64,000 nt of DNA from Sandaracinaceae bacterium (GTDB lineage: Bacteria; Myxococcota_A; Polyangia; Polyangiales; Sandaracinaceae), in contig JBGAQA010000020.1 of the NCBI GenBank assembly GCA_044220955.1, positions 1 through 64,000 on the forward strand. Direction: 5' to 3'. Made by a program: the position numbers and the translations under genes. Shown here piece by piece: positions 27,913-37,566 of this stretch. Numbering within the stretch: the first letter of the stretch is position 1; every line of letters begins with the position of its first letter. A model generated the notes under the pieces. The model made no database searches and was not told the DNA's origin. It saw only the letters and a list, made by a program, of their open reading frames with translations.

Positions 27913-29876
27913 GCTTCCGACTGCAGCGTCCGGTGCTTGCCGCTGTCGTCCGGGCGCCGGATCTCGGGGTTGCTGCGGTCCCCCGCCGAGCCGACGTAGC
28001 CCGCGGCCTGGAGCTCGAACAGACGCGCATAGTGGCCGTGCGCGCCCATCAGGGACTCGTGCGTCCCCTGCTCGATCACCTTGCCGCGGTCCAGGACCAC
28101 GATGCGATCGGCGACGCGCACCGAGCCGAAGCGGTGCGAGATCAAGAGCACCGCCTGGTGGCCGCGGATCTGCTCCACGTGCTCGACGATGCCGTGCTCG
28201 GCGTCGGGGTCGAGCGCCGCCGTGGGCTCGTCGAGCACGACGATCTGGTTGTCCTCGCGCATGAACGCGCGCGAGAGGGCGATCTTCTGCCACTGGCCAC
28301 CGCTGAGCTCGGTTCCGCCGCGGAACCACTTGCCGAGCTGAGCGTGGTAGCCGTCCGGCAGCGCCGCGAGGAACTCGTGCGCCAGGCCCTTGCGCGCCGC
28401 GCGCTCCCAGCGCTCCTCGTCGCTCCAGTGGTCCACGTCGCCGGCGCCGATGTTCTCGCCGGCCTTCATCTTGAGGCGCGCGAAGTCCTGGAACACGAGC
28501 GCGAAGCGGCGCCGCAGCGCGTCCGGCTGCCACTGCCGGATGTCGAGCCCGTCGAGCTTGATGCGCCCCTTGGTCGGGTCGTAGAGGCGGGTGATCAGCT
28601 TGAGCAGGGTGGTCTTGCCCGATCCGTTCTGGCCCACGAGCGCGAGCATCTGCCCCGGCCGGACCGCGAAGCTCACGTCGTCGAGGGCGGGGCGCGGGGC
28701 GTCGAGGTACGTGAACGAGACGTGCTCGACCTCGAGGCCCGCCTCCGGGGTCGGCCCCTCCGTCGCCGTCCCGGCCTCGGTGGCCACCGGCATCGCGAGG
28801 AAGGACTGCAGATCGCGCAGGTAGAGCTGGTCGTCGAGCATGAGCCCGAGGCTCGCGAGGCCGGTCGTCACGCCGCCCTGCGCCTGGCGGAAGATCGCGA
28901 TGTACATCGTCATCTCGCCGAGGCTCAGGTGCTCGTGCACCGTCTTGCGCACGATCCAGAAGTACGCTCCGTAGAACGCGGCCGTGCCGAGGAGGTTGAA
29001 CACGAAACCCCAGAAGTTGCGGTTGATCGAGATCGTCCGCTCCTCCTCCTCGGAGCGCTTCGTGATGCCCCGCAGCCGGTCGAGCAGGCGCGCGCCGAGC
29101 GCGTAGAGCTTCACTTCCTTGGCGTAGTCTTCGCGCGTCAGGATCGCCTCGAGGTACGCCTGCTCCCGCTGCTCGGGGGAGCGCTTGCGCTGCTGGTCGA
29201 ACACGCGCTGCGAGTAGCGGAGCTCGGCGATGAACACCGGCAGGCCCGCGATCACCACGATCAGCACCGCCCACACCGAGAGCTGCGCGAGCACCACGAT
29301 GCACGACGCGAAGGTCACGAAGTTCCGCGCGACCGTGAACAGACCGTTCACGAGGTTGAGCGGGCGCACCGAGGCGTCCCGCCGCGCGCGCATCAGCCGG
29401 TCGTGGATGTCCGGATCCTCGAAGTGCTCGAGGCTCAGCGTCAGCGACTTCTCGACGATCAGCTCGGTCACGCCGTTCGCCAGGCGAACACGCAGGATGG
29501 ACTGCGCCGCGGAGAGGCCGCGCTGCGCGGCGAGCAAGAGGACCACGAGCGCGCACTCGAGCCCGATGAGCTCGGAGATCTGCTGCTTGTGCCCGTCCCA
29601 GCCCTCGCCCGGCTCGGCGAGCGCGACGACGACGGCGTCGACGATGAGCCGGCCGACGTAGGCGACACCGGCGGGCAGCACGCCGGCGAGCAGCGTGCAG
29701 AACGCCATCGCGCCGATCGCCCATGGCGCGGCGTGGAACGCGAGCTCGAGGATCCAGAGGGTCTTCTTGGCGTAGCCGTCGGAGCTGGGCGGCTCGGGCG
29801 GAGCGGCCTTCGGAGTCGGGCGCGTCGGGCCGTCCTCCTTCTTCCGCTTCGTCGAGTCGCGTCCCTCCTTGGCCAT
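27909..29876 (-). CDS. ABC exporter, fused permease and ATPase
   Basis: N-terminal TMD; Walker A GQNGSGKT, signature LSGGQ, Walker B VVLDE, H-loop ISHR. Confidence 0.95.
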   Translation of the reverse strand: MAKEGRDSTKRKKEDGPTRPTPKAAPPEPPSSDGYAKKTLWILELAFHAAPWAIGAMAFCTLLAGVLPAGVAYVGRLIVDAVVVALAEPGEGWDGHKQQISELIGLECALVVLLLAAQRGLSAAQSILRVRLANGVTELIVEKSLTLSLEHFEDPDIHDRLMRARRDASVRPLNLVNGLFTVARNFVTFASCIVVLAQLSVWAVLIVVIAGLPVFIAELRYSQRVFDQQRKRSPEQREQAYLEAILTREDYAKEVKLYALGARLLDRLRGITKRSEEEERTISINRNFWGFVFNLLGTAAFYGAYFWIVRKTVHEHLSLGEMTMYIAIFRQAQGGVTTGLASLGLMLDDQLYLRDLQSFLAMPVATEAGTATEGPTPEAGLEVEHVSFTYLDAPRPALDDVSFAVRPGQMLALVGQNGSGKTTLLKLITRLYDPTKGRIKLDGLDIRQWQPDALRRRFALVFQDFARLKMKAGENIGAGDVDHWSDEERWERAARKGLAHEFLAALPDGYHAQLGKWFRGGTELSGGQWQKIALSRAFMREDNQIVVLDEPTAALDPDAEHGIVEHVEQIRGHQAVLLISHRFGSVRVADRIVVLDRGKVIEQGTHESLMGAHGHYARLFELQAAGYVGSAGDRSNPEIRRPDDSGKHRTLQSEA

Positions 29877-29881
29877 GTGCC

Positions 29882-31354
29882 TCAGTCGTCGACCTCAAGA
29901 TTGCCCATCTTCTCGGCCATGCGCTCGCTCAAACGCTTGCCCTTGTGCGGGAAGGGGGAGGGCGGAACGGGAACGCCGAGGAAGGGCGCGAGCTTCTCGT
30001 ACCCCTCGCCTGCTGCGACGTTCAGCACGAGCAGGTCGCTCGGTCGGTCCGCGAAGTAGCGCCTCACGTTGGCTTCGTGCTGCTTGTAGGCGCGCGAGAA
30101 CCGCTCGGCGTGGAACGCGTAGCCCGCGTAGACGGCGGCCCGCAAGAAGCGCCGGATCTCCATGTGGATCCGGTGCTCGTCGTCGGTGCCGCCCTCGTAC
30201 GCGTCGCGCCCCGTCCAGTGGTTCTGGCACGACTTCAGCCACCCCGGCTCCTCGCGGACGGTCAGCACGAACTTGCTGCCGGGGTAGTTCTTGTCGAGAT
30301 CCTCGAAGTAGGGCGAGACGGTGATGTCCGTCAGCCCGTCGAAGTGCTCGAGCTGCGGGAAGCGCGCATCGCCACGGATCAGCGTGTCCAGCGTCTGCTG
30401 ATCGGTGGGGTAATGCAGGGTGTCGAACCCGAGCACGTGCAGCGCCGCGGTCAGCGAGCGCGTCCCCGTGCGCGAGAGTCCGAGTCCGAAGATCTTCGGC
30501 TTGTTCTTGGTGGGTCCCAGGTTGGTCGGGTCTGCGTTCACGGCGGCCATCACCTCTTCCATGTCGAGCTTCCCCGTCTGGGTGAGCCCGAGCTTCTCGA
30601 TCTCGACGTGTGCGATGTAGGGCAGGTTGCGGATGTAGGCGTCGACGTCCTTGGGCTTGGCGTCCACCGAGACGAACCTCGCGGCGTGCTGCACGGCGCG
30701 GCGAGCGACGTCGGTGTCGGGTCCGGGCAGCCACTTGCCCATCGCGCCCTCGAGGCGCTTCTTGTGGTGCCCGTCGCGGCTCCGCAGCTCGCGCAGCGCG
30801 TACTTGCAGAAGATGTCGTCGTAGCGCTGGAAGTGGTCGTGCAGGATGTGGAAGGTCTTGAGGTACTTCTCCGCGCTGGCCTCGGCGAGCGCGAGGTTGC
30901 GCAGGCGGCTCTCGGGGCGCAGGACGAACGCGAGGTCGTCGTCGGGCGGCGGGATGCTCGCCATGCGCCGCACGATGTCCATCGAGGTGATGTGGACGCC
31001 GCAGTGGATCCGCCCGCGGAACCGGTCGCGCACGTAGCAGTCCACGTAGGGCTTGTCGTTGAAGTCGAGGAAGGGGCGCATGTCCTCGAGGATCAAGCAG
31101 TCGGCGTCCATGTGGACGACGTGCGAGCAGTCGTGCGGCAGCGTGAGCATGCGCCGCACCGCGTAGGCGAAGGGCTTGACGTTCTTGAGGACGAAGACCC
31201 GGTTCGGCCGCACGTTCTTGATCGCGAGCTCGAGCGCGAGGTCGCTCGTCCGCTCCTCGACCGTCCGGAACACCAGATCGATCTTCCGCCCGCCCGGGGG
31301 CGCCCAGCTCCCGTCCAGGGTCAGGATCTCGCCCTCTTCGACGCCGTGGCTCAC
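29882..31354 (-). CDS. Fusion of a GT-A-like N-terminal domain and a sulfotransferase domain
   Basis: GTG 31354 overlaps the upstream stop. N-terminal VVHMDADC (DxD); C-terminal KIFGLGLSRTGTRSL, KFVLTVRE..WLKS, YEKLAPFLG...FPH. Confidence 0.82.
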   Translation of the reverse strand: MSHGVEEGEILTLDGSWAPPGGRKIDLVFRTVEERTSDLALELAIKNVRPNRVFVLKNVKPFAYAVRRMLTLPHDCSHVVHMDADCLILEDMRPFLDFNDKPYVDCYVRDRFRGRIHCGVHITSMDIVRRMASIPPPDDDLAFVLRPESRLRNLALAEASAEKYLKTFHILHDHFQRYDDIFCKYALRELRSRDGHHKKRLEGAMGKWLPGPDTDVARRAVQHAARFVSVDAKPKDVDAYIRNLPYIAHVEIEKLGLTQTGKLDMEEVMAAVNADPTNLGPTKNKPKIFGLGLSRTGTRSLTAALHVLGFDTLHYPTDQQTLDTLIRGDARFPQLEHFDGLTDITVSPYFEDLDKNYPGSKFVLTVREEPGWLKSCQNHWTGRDAYEGGTDDEHRIHMEIRRFLRAAVYAGYAFHAERFSRAYKQHEANVRRYFADRPSDLLVLNVAAGEGYEKLAPFLGVPVPPSPFPHKGKRLSERMAEKMGNLEVDD

Positions 31355-32232
31355 GCGCGCACCTCGCTGACTTCGGTCCCGCCAGCCTCGGAGCCCGCGT
31401 CCGGCCACGCATGAGCGACGTTGGTCTCTCCGGCGACGCGCTCGAAGGCGGTGAGCGCCTCCGGCGAGAGCTCCTGCTTCCAGCGGACGTCCAGCACGAA
31501 ACCGCGCGGGTGCTCTCGGTAGTAGCCCGCCTTGTCGCCGCCGATCGCGAGCTCACCGCCGGGCCGCGTGCGCGCACCTTCGAGCAGCGACTGCGTGCCG
31601 GCGTTACCGCCGATCGGGTGTTGCTCGGTGCTCCAGGGCTCGAGCATCTCCGGCACGAGCGTGAGGCCCAGCGCGGCCGCGGCCACGGCGAGCGTCTCGC
31701 GCGGCTGCGTCGCGAGCGCCTCGTAGCGCAGGCGCGTGACACCGCCCGGGAAGCGCGAAGCGAGGGCCTCGGTGGCGCGGATCTGCTCGACCCAGCGCTG
31801 CGCGTGCTCCGCGGCGCCCGTCTCCGGGCGCTTGCGGAGGCTCGACGCGATCACGGCGCGTCCATCGCGCCCGAGGAAGAAGAGGTGCAGCGCCACCCCC
31901 GCTCGCGCGAGCTTCGTGCTCTGCTGGTCGATCCACGAGATGCTCTTGGTGGAGTCGCAGATCACCGGCCGTCCCGTCCTCTCCGAGAGCGCCTCGTAGA
32001 GATCCGTGTCTCCGAGGCGCTGCTCGATCCCCGACCACACGCGGCAGCTCTCACCACACACCTTGCACGTACGCTTGCGGGCCTTCGTTCCTTCGTCCCC
32101 GAGGTGCGCGCTCTTGTTCGCCTCGCCCGCGTAGAAGACCCGGGGGTGTGCGCCGAGCGCGAGACCGAGCAGCGTCGAGCCGGAGTGCCCCGCACCTCCG
32201 ACGAAGCACACGCTCGCGTTCGCGCGGGTCAT
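31351..32232 (-). CDS. Sulfotransferase family protein
   Basis: GAGHSGSTLL, CKVCGESC insert, DSTK, RDGRAVIASS, RYEALATQP. ATG 32232 overlaps the upstream stop. Confidence 0.9.
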   Translation of the reverse strand: MTRANASVCFVGGAGHSGSTLLGLALGAHPRVFYAGEANKSAHLGDEGTKARKRTCKVCGESCRVWSGIEQRLGDTDLYEALSERTGRPVICDSTKSISWIDQQSTKLARAGVALHLFFLGRDGRAVIASSLRKRPETGAAEHAQRWVEQIRATEALASRFPGGVTRLRYEALATQPRETLAVAAAALGLTLVPEMLEPWSTEQHPIGGNAGTQSLLEGARTRPGGELAIGGDKAGYYREHPRGFVLDVRWKQELSPEALTAFERVAGETNVAHAWPDAGSEAGGTEVSEVRA

Positions 32233-33161
32233 CCGATGCGGCGCTCTTTGCGCTGATGGGAGACCCACCACTCGGCGTAGTTCTTCGTGCGGAGCGCGCG
32301 GTACCTGGCGCGCGCGGCGAGGTTCGTGGTCTTGCCCTTGCTGCGCGCGTAGCCGTTCGCCTCGAGCTCCGCGCCGGCGATGCCCTCCACGATCTCGAGC
32401 TGCGCGCCGGTGAGCTTCTCCTTCCACTCGTCCACGAAGCTCGTCGTGATCGCCTGGTAGGTCTCGGCGTGCGTGGTGTCCGTGGTGTGGCGGATCGCGT
32501 CGTTGGTGCGGTAGTTCGCGAGCATCTCCGGGGCGTAGGGGAGATCGAGGAAGCTGCAAAGCGCGCGGCTCAGCTTCTCGGGCTCTGCGACGAGCTCCTC
32601 GTAGCGAAGCACGAAGACGTCGTTCGGCAGCTTCTCCTTGAGCTCGCGGATGCGCTGCGCCTTCAGGGTCCAGGTCAGCGTCGCCGAGTAGACGTCGTGC
32701 TCGGGCTGGGTCTCGAGCATCGAGGCGACCGCGCCGCGTCCGTCGCGCAGCAGGTAGATGAGCCTGCATCCGGGGAAGATCTTCAGGATCAGATCCCCCT
32801 CCTTGCAGTAGCAGCCCTTCTTGTTGCCCACGTACTTCGCGCCCGGCTTCGTCTGGTCGCGGAAGAACGTCATGAGGTCGCGGGCGACCGCGTGCGGCGA
32901 CTGGCCGACGTAGCGATCGAAGCCGTCCAAGAACTTCGCGTGGTCGACGCGCCACGCCTTGAACTTGCGGTCTTTCTGCATCGTGGCGCGGATGTCGCGG
33001 ACGCTCTCCGCGTCGAGCGGGACCTTGCCCGGCATCGCGTAGAGCAGACGCCCGATCACCTTCGTCCCCGGGCTGATCGTGACGTCGGGATGGCTAGAGA
33101 GGATGAGCTGGGCCAGCGTCTTTCCCGAGCGCTGGTTCCCCGAGAGGAACACGTGAGGCAT
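32229..33161 (-). CDS. Sulfotransferase family protein
   Basis: GNQRSGKTL, LSSHPD, RDGRGAVAS, LRYEELVAEPE...LCSFLDLPY; start ATG 33161. Confidence 0.9.
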   Translation of the reverse strand: MPHVFLSGNQRSGKTLAQLILSSHPDVTISPGTKVIGRLLYAMPGKVPLDAESVRDIRATMQKDRKFKAWRVDHAKFLDGFDRYVGQSPHAVARDLMTFFRDQTKPGAKYVGNKKGCYCKEGDLILKIFPGCRLIYLLRDGRGAVASMLETQPEHDVYSATLTWTLKAQRIRELKEKLPNDVFVLRYEELVAEPEKLSRALCSFLDLPYAPEMLANYRTNDAIRHTTDTTHAETYQAITTSFVDEWKEKLTGAQLEIVEGIAGAELEANGYARSKGKTTNLAARARYRALRTKNYAEWWVSHQRKERRIG

Positions 33162-33297
33162 GCGGACTCCGGAGGATACACGCCCATCGACCGTGCTCGA
33201 AGCGCGACCGTCGAGCGGCGTGAGACTGTCGATCGGCGTGAGACCGACGTGGGATGGCGCTGCATCGAGCGCGGCCGCCACGTCCGGCGCGCCGCTC

Positions 33298-34488
33298 TCA
33301 CCCTCGGTCTGGCTTACGCACGGCGCCCCCGAAGCTGCCCCCGGTGACGGGTGTCGCCCGTCTCCGCCGCCCGCGGCGGACGAGCCACGCCATCGCGAGC
33401 GCGAGCCCGCCGGGCACGCCGCAGGCCACGATGCGGGCGATCGTCTCGCGCAGCTGCCCCACGGAGAGCCGCGGAGGCAGGGGCTGGGGCGGTGGCAGTG
33501 GCGGCGCCGGGAGGGAGTCGTCGATCGCGGCGCGCGCGATCACGGGCACCTCCGGCGGCGCGGGCGCGAGGATCCCGAGGTGGTTGATCACCTCCTGCTC
33601 GCGCCCGCGCGTCAGCACCTCGCGGCCGTGCGGCGTCTCGCGCACGATCTGCCCTTCCCCGATCAGCTCGTCGACGGCGATCTCCCAGCGCCCACGGCTG
33701 GGGATGCTCACGATCCCGCCGAGCTCCTCGACGACCATCTCGCTCGAGGCACCGCCGTCGAGGTTCATCGCCTCGTAGGCGCCGAGCTCGGCCATCAAGC
33801 GACCCATCTCGTAGAGCGTCATGCCCCGGCTCTCGGGCTGGCGGCCGTCGACCACCGCGAGATAGAGGAGGCGCCCGTCGCGCGAGAGCCCGACGGCCGT
33901 GCGCGGGGCGCGGTCGTTGGCGGTCTCGAACGTGTCGAGCGTCTCGGTGACGAGCGCGCCTTCGTGCACGAGCCAGGGCCGGCCGCTCACCGCCTCGGAG
34001 ATCTGCTCCATCTCCTCCGGCGCGATCGGCTCGCCCGGCGCGACGAGGCGGACGTGACCCTCGCGGTCGACGACGAGCTCGCCGAGCTCGGGGTCGAGCT
34101 CGGCGTTGTTCGTCCAGACGGCCCCGCCTCCGGCCGCGAGGCCGCGCGCGCCCTGCATCATCGCCCAGAACCCGCCGTTGACCGCGACCTGCACGTGCTC
34201 GGCCGCGGCGAACGAAGAGACGGTGCGCCAGCGCTCGCGGTGGGGCGTCGCGATCACCCGCACGCCCGGCGCGTCGAGCTGGACGACCACGGCGTGGATG
34301 CGAGCGGGCGTCGTCGTGCGGCGGTCGAGGTAGCGGATGCCGGGGTTCGGATCCGACCACACGTCGATCGCCTCCCCGGTCTCGCGGGGCCGCTCCTGCG
34401 CGAGCGCCGGCGACGTCCTCCCCATCGAGACCCCGACCGAGACCCCGACCGAGACCAGGCACAGCCCGAGAGTCCAAGCGCGCAGCAT
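33298..34488 (-). CDS. Phosphodiester glycosidase (NAGPA/DUF2233) family protein, exported and membrane-anchored
   Basis: Signal peptide, AVNGGF, RAPRTAVG, VVDGR, MNLDGGAS and a C-terminal TM. Confidence 0.88.
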   Translation of the reverse strand: MLRAWTLGLCLVSVGVSVGVSMGRTSPALAQERPRETGEAIDVWSDPNPGIRYLDRRTTTPARIHAVVVQLDAPGVRVIATPHRERWRTVSSFAAAEHVQVAVNGGFWAMMQGARGLAAGGGAVWTNNAELDPELGELVVDREGHVRLVAPGEPIAPEEMEQISEAVSGRPWLVHEGALVTETLDTFETANDRAPRTAVGLSRDGRLLYLAVVDGRQPESRGMTLYEMGRLMAELGAYEAMNLDGGASSEMVVEELGGIVSIPSRGRWEIAVDELIGEGQIVRETPHGREVLTRGREQEVINHLGILAPAPPEVPVIARAAIDDSLPAPPLPPPQPLPPRLSVGQLRETIARIVACGVPGGLALAMAWLVRRGRRRRATPVTGGSFGGAVRKPDRG

Positions 34489-34753
34489 GTCGAGCGGGTC
34501 CTCGAGCAAGCCCGGTCCCGCCCTGCGCCGCGTCCGATCCCACGTCGATCGGCCCGCGCGCGGGTCGGACCACCCACGCGGGCCGTGTTCGGGTCGCCAC
34601 TTCCACGCCGGGCCGGGCACGGTCACGCTGGACCCCAGCGGGTCGAGGGCGATCGTGCCGTTTGGTCGCGCTCGCTGGGGACGCCGTTCCCCAGGGCCGA
34701 GCGAAGCTCCCCGGATCACGCGCGAATCGGACCCGATTGACCTCCGGGGTCCG

Positions 34754-34769
34754 GGGCACGCAACATGCT
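34754..34769 (+). promoter_or_regulatory. Putative sigma54 (-24/-12) promoter upstream of the Tad-like operon
   Basis: GGGCACGCAACATGCT: GG (34755-56), N10, GC (34767-68), close to the TGGCACGnnnnTTGCW consensus. It lies 37 nt before the ATG, which has a GGAGG RBS. Confidence 0.65.
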
Positions 34770-34805
34770 CAGGCAACCCCGGCGGGTTCCCTTTCGGAGG
34801 TGCCG

Positions 34806-36047
34806 ATGACGACCGCGAGCATAGACAGCCCCGGCAGTGCGCGCCCCGGCAAGAGGCGCAGCCTCCTCTCGGACGACTCCGGCGCCACGATGGTGATGGG
34901 CGTCTTCATGGCCATGATGGTCGTGGGGATGATCTATTACGTCTGGGGCCTCGGCGGGACGATCATCCACCGCGAGCGCATGCAGGACGCCGCCGACGCG
35001 GCCGCCTTCGGCGCCAGCGTCTTCCAGGCGCGCGGCATGAACATCATCGCGATGCTCAACGTGCTGATGAGCGTCTTCGCCATCATCGGCACCGCGTGCC
35101 GCCTGCTCTACACGTTCATCGAGGCGACCGCGATCGCCGACGACGCCGCGTGCGTCGCGTGTCTGGCCTCGGTCGTGTGCATCCCGGCGTCGGCGGAGTT
35201 CTGCGAGCCGGCGGCCGTCCACGACATCCAGTGGGCCGAGTCGGGCTGGCTGAACGACGTGGCGGACCTCTGCGACACCGTCGCCCAGGGCATCCACGGC
35301 GTGCAGGTGGTGGTGCGCGTCGGCGCGATGGCCGGCGCCGAGGGCTACGTCCTCACCATGCTCCCCGCGCGGTATCGCCCGACGGTGACCGAGGGCGTGT
35401 TCATCCCCGGCTCGCTCCAGCTGTCCATCCAGAGCGAGGACGACGACAGCACCTGGGCGTGCCACCACGGCTGGACGGGGATGTTCGTACGCGGGCCGGC
35501 GCTGCTGCTGGTCGCGGTCGGCGAGCTCGTGCTCTTCGAGCCCATCAGCGTCGGCTGGATCGCAGGTGAGATCGCCGTCGGCATCCAGGAGTTCGCGACG
35601 AGCGACGGCTCGGAGCACTACTGCGCCGAGAACGGGGGCAGCGGCCTGACGTTCCAGCGCGTCCCGACCGACTCGTGGCTCGGCGAGACGAACTTCCAGA
35701 ACTACTCCGTCGTGTACGGCACGCCGCCCTGGGGCTGGGCCCGCGACAGCGTGGCCGCCGCGAACTGGGGGCGGCTCGGCAACTCGGCCCCGCAGGTGTT
35801 CGGCCTCGACGTCTCGATGGTCGCCGAGCTGCACCGGCTGAGCTTCGCGCAGAGCGAGTACTACTACGAGCAGGCCGAGGGCGACTGCGGCGCGTCGATC
35901 CCCGACACGGCGGCGATGTGCGCGCACGAAGAGTGGCTCTGGCACACGCGATGGCGCGCGCGGATGCGCCGCTTCCACGTCGGCGGCGGTGTCGCCGGCA
36001 TGCTCGGAACCGTCATCCAGGGGGTGGCCAGTGTCGTCGTGCATTGA
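34806..36047 (+). CDS. TadG-like Flp pilus pseudopilin
   Basis: DDSG|ATMV followed by a TM and RERMQDAADAAA (Tad N-terminal motif); Cys-rich periplasmic part. Confidence 0.8.
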   Translation: MTTASIDSPGSARPGKRRSLLSDDSGATMVMGVFMAMMVVGMIYYVWGLGGTIIHRERMQDAADAAAFGASVFQARGMNIIAMLNVLMSVFAIIGTACRLLYTFIEATAIADDAACVACLASVVCIPASAEFCEPAAVHDIQWAESGWLNDVADLCDTVAQGIHGVQVVVRVGAMAGAEGYVLTMLPARYRPTVTEGVFIPGSLQLSIQSEDDDSTWACHHGWTGMFVRGPALLLVAVGELVLFEPISVGWIAGEIAVGIQEFATSDGSEHYCAENGGSGLTFQRVPTDSWLGETNFQNYSVVYGTPPWGWARDSVAAANWGRLGNSAPQVFGLDVSMVAELHRLSFAQSEYYYEQAEGDCGASIPDTAAMCAHEEWLWHTRWRARMRRFHVGGGVAGMLGTVIQGVASVVVH

Positions 36048-36537
36048 CGTCGAGCGCGCGCGAGCGCGCGGCAAGCGTGGCTTCGTGCGCCGGCTCCTCG
36101 CGGACACGCGCGGTACGGCGACCACCGAGACCGTCATCATGATCCCGATGTTCGCGATCGTGTGGGGCTGCATCTTCTACGTGTTCGTCTTCTTCCAGAG
36201 GACGATCGCGATGCGCTCCATGACGCGCGGTCACACCTGGGCGTACGCGTACGTCGGGTGCAGCGGGACCGGCCCGGGCACGACGCTCAACCGCGAGGGC
36301 GGGGGCATCATCCCGGGCGGCAGCTCGGGCGACAGCGGCGTCGACTCGATCGTCGCGGGTCTGTTCGGGCTCTCGACCGGCCACGGCAGCCGCAGCTCGT
36401 CGGTCACGCGGCCCCGCGTGCTCGGCGACGGCAGCATCGCCATCCGCGACGAGCTCTACGTCATGTGCAACGACGTCCCGGCCGGGATGGGCTCGTACCT
36501 CGCGGACTTCGCGGGGCGCCTGCTCGGGTTCAGCTGA
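36031..36537 (+). CDS. TadE-like pseudopilin
   Basis: DTRG|TATTETVIMIP prepilin motif (G-x4-E) followed by a TM. Confidence 0.8.
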   Translation: MSSCIDVERARARGKRGFVRRLLADTRGTATTETVIMIPMFAIVWGCIFYVFVFFQRTIAMRSMTRGHTWAYAYVGCSGTGPGTTLNREGGGIIPGGSSGDSGVDSIVAGLFGLSTGHGSRSSSVTRPRVLGDGSIAIRDELYVMCNDVPAGMGSYLADFAGRLLGFS

Positions 36538-36557
36538 GCATGGAAGAGGAGACCGCC

Positions 36558-37538
36558 ATGTCGAACGAGGCACCGCTTCCGGGACCGATGACGCGCCGCG
36601 GGAAGGGCGTCAGCGTGCTGAAGCTGCGCTTCCCGCGCCTCGTCAAGACGCTCCGCGTGCTCGCCTTCGCGGCCACCATCCTGGTCCTGATGGGCGGCCT
36701 CTACGTCCACCGCGCGAGCAGTCAGCTCGGCGAGCAGCTCGTCGAGGTCGGCGACCTGCTCATGCAGTACGACCGCGCCGAGCACCAGGACGGCGTGCGG
36801 ACGGTGCTCGTCAACGGACAGCAGATGCACTTCTCGTCGGGCGTGTCCCACGACGATCCGCACACCGTGCTCGAGCACTTCACGTCGATCTGCGACGCGC
36901 ACGACGCCGGCCTCGTCGAGCAGTTCACGGCGCTCCCGCAGCGCTTCGGTCACCGCAGCGGCCGGTTCCTCGATCCGGTCTACCGGTTCGAGGGGCCCGA
37001 GGGCGGCGTCGTCGCCTGCCTCGACATGGGCGAGGAAGAGATGACCATGCGCGAGCTCGGCGAGCGCATCGACCGCTTCGACCACTCGCACGACGTCCAC
37101 GACGTCGGCGACATCCGCTACGTCATGGCCCGGCCCTCCGAGGGCGGTGGCTCGCACTTCGTGACGTTCTGGACGGACGGCTCGTTCGACCTCGACGAGG
37201 TCGCGGCGCGCGACGGGCACGACGCCGGCGGCACCGATCTCGAGGGTGTGCCGCGTCCGCCGGGCGCCTACCGCACGATGAGCGCGAGCGAGCACGGAAA
37301 CCCCGACTGCGCGGTGCAGTACATGGGCTCCTCGATGACCGAATGGGAGCTCGAGCACTTCTACGAGCAGCAGCTCGTGGCGCAAGGCTGGACGCTCGTC
37401 CCGGTCCCCGAGGAGAACCAGCCGACACAGCTCCGATTCGTCGAGGGCACGCGCGACGACGCGTCCGAGATCGTGTTCGTCGCGCTCGACACCGACGCGA
37501 GCGGTCGGGGCACGGCGACGATTGCGCTGTCGCGCTGA
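36558..37538 (+). CDS. Hypothetical membrane-anchored periplasmic protein in the Tad-like operon
   Basis: GAGGAG RBS, single N-terminal TM and strong GC3 coding bias. Confidence 0.75.
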   Translation: MSNEAPLPGPMTRRGKGVSVLKLRFPRLVKTLRVLAFAATILVLMGGLYVHRASSQLGEQLVEVGDLLMQYDRAEHQDGVRTVLVNGQQMHFSSGVSHDDPHTVLEHFTSICDAHDAGLVEQFTALPQRFGHRSGRFLDPVYRFEGPEGGVVACLDMGEEEMTMRELGERIDRFDHSHDVHDVGDIRYVMARPSEGGGSHFVTFWTDGSFDLDEVAARDGHDAGGTDLEGVPRPPGAYRTMSASEHGNPDCAVQYMGSSMTEWELEHFYEQQLVAQGWTLVPVPEENQPTQLRFVEGTRDDASEIVFVALDTDASGRGTATIALSR

Positions 37539-37566
37539 GCCCTCATCCACGCTAGCCTGGGCCACG

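Noticed and set aside
27163..29898. 911-aa ABC-FGE fusion
   Set aside because: The upstream part is an alternative frame of the ABC gene; FGE has its own start and lipobox at 27912.
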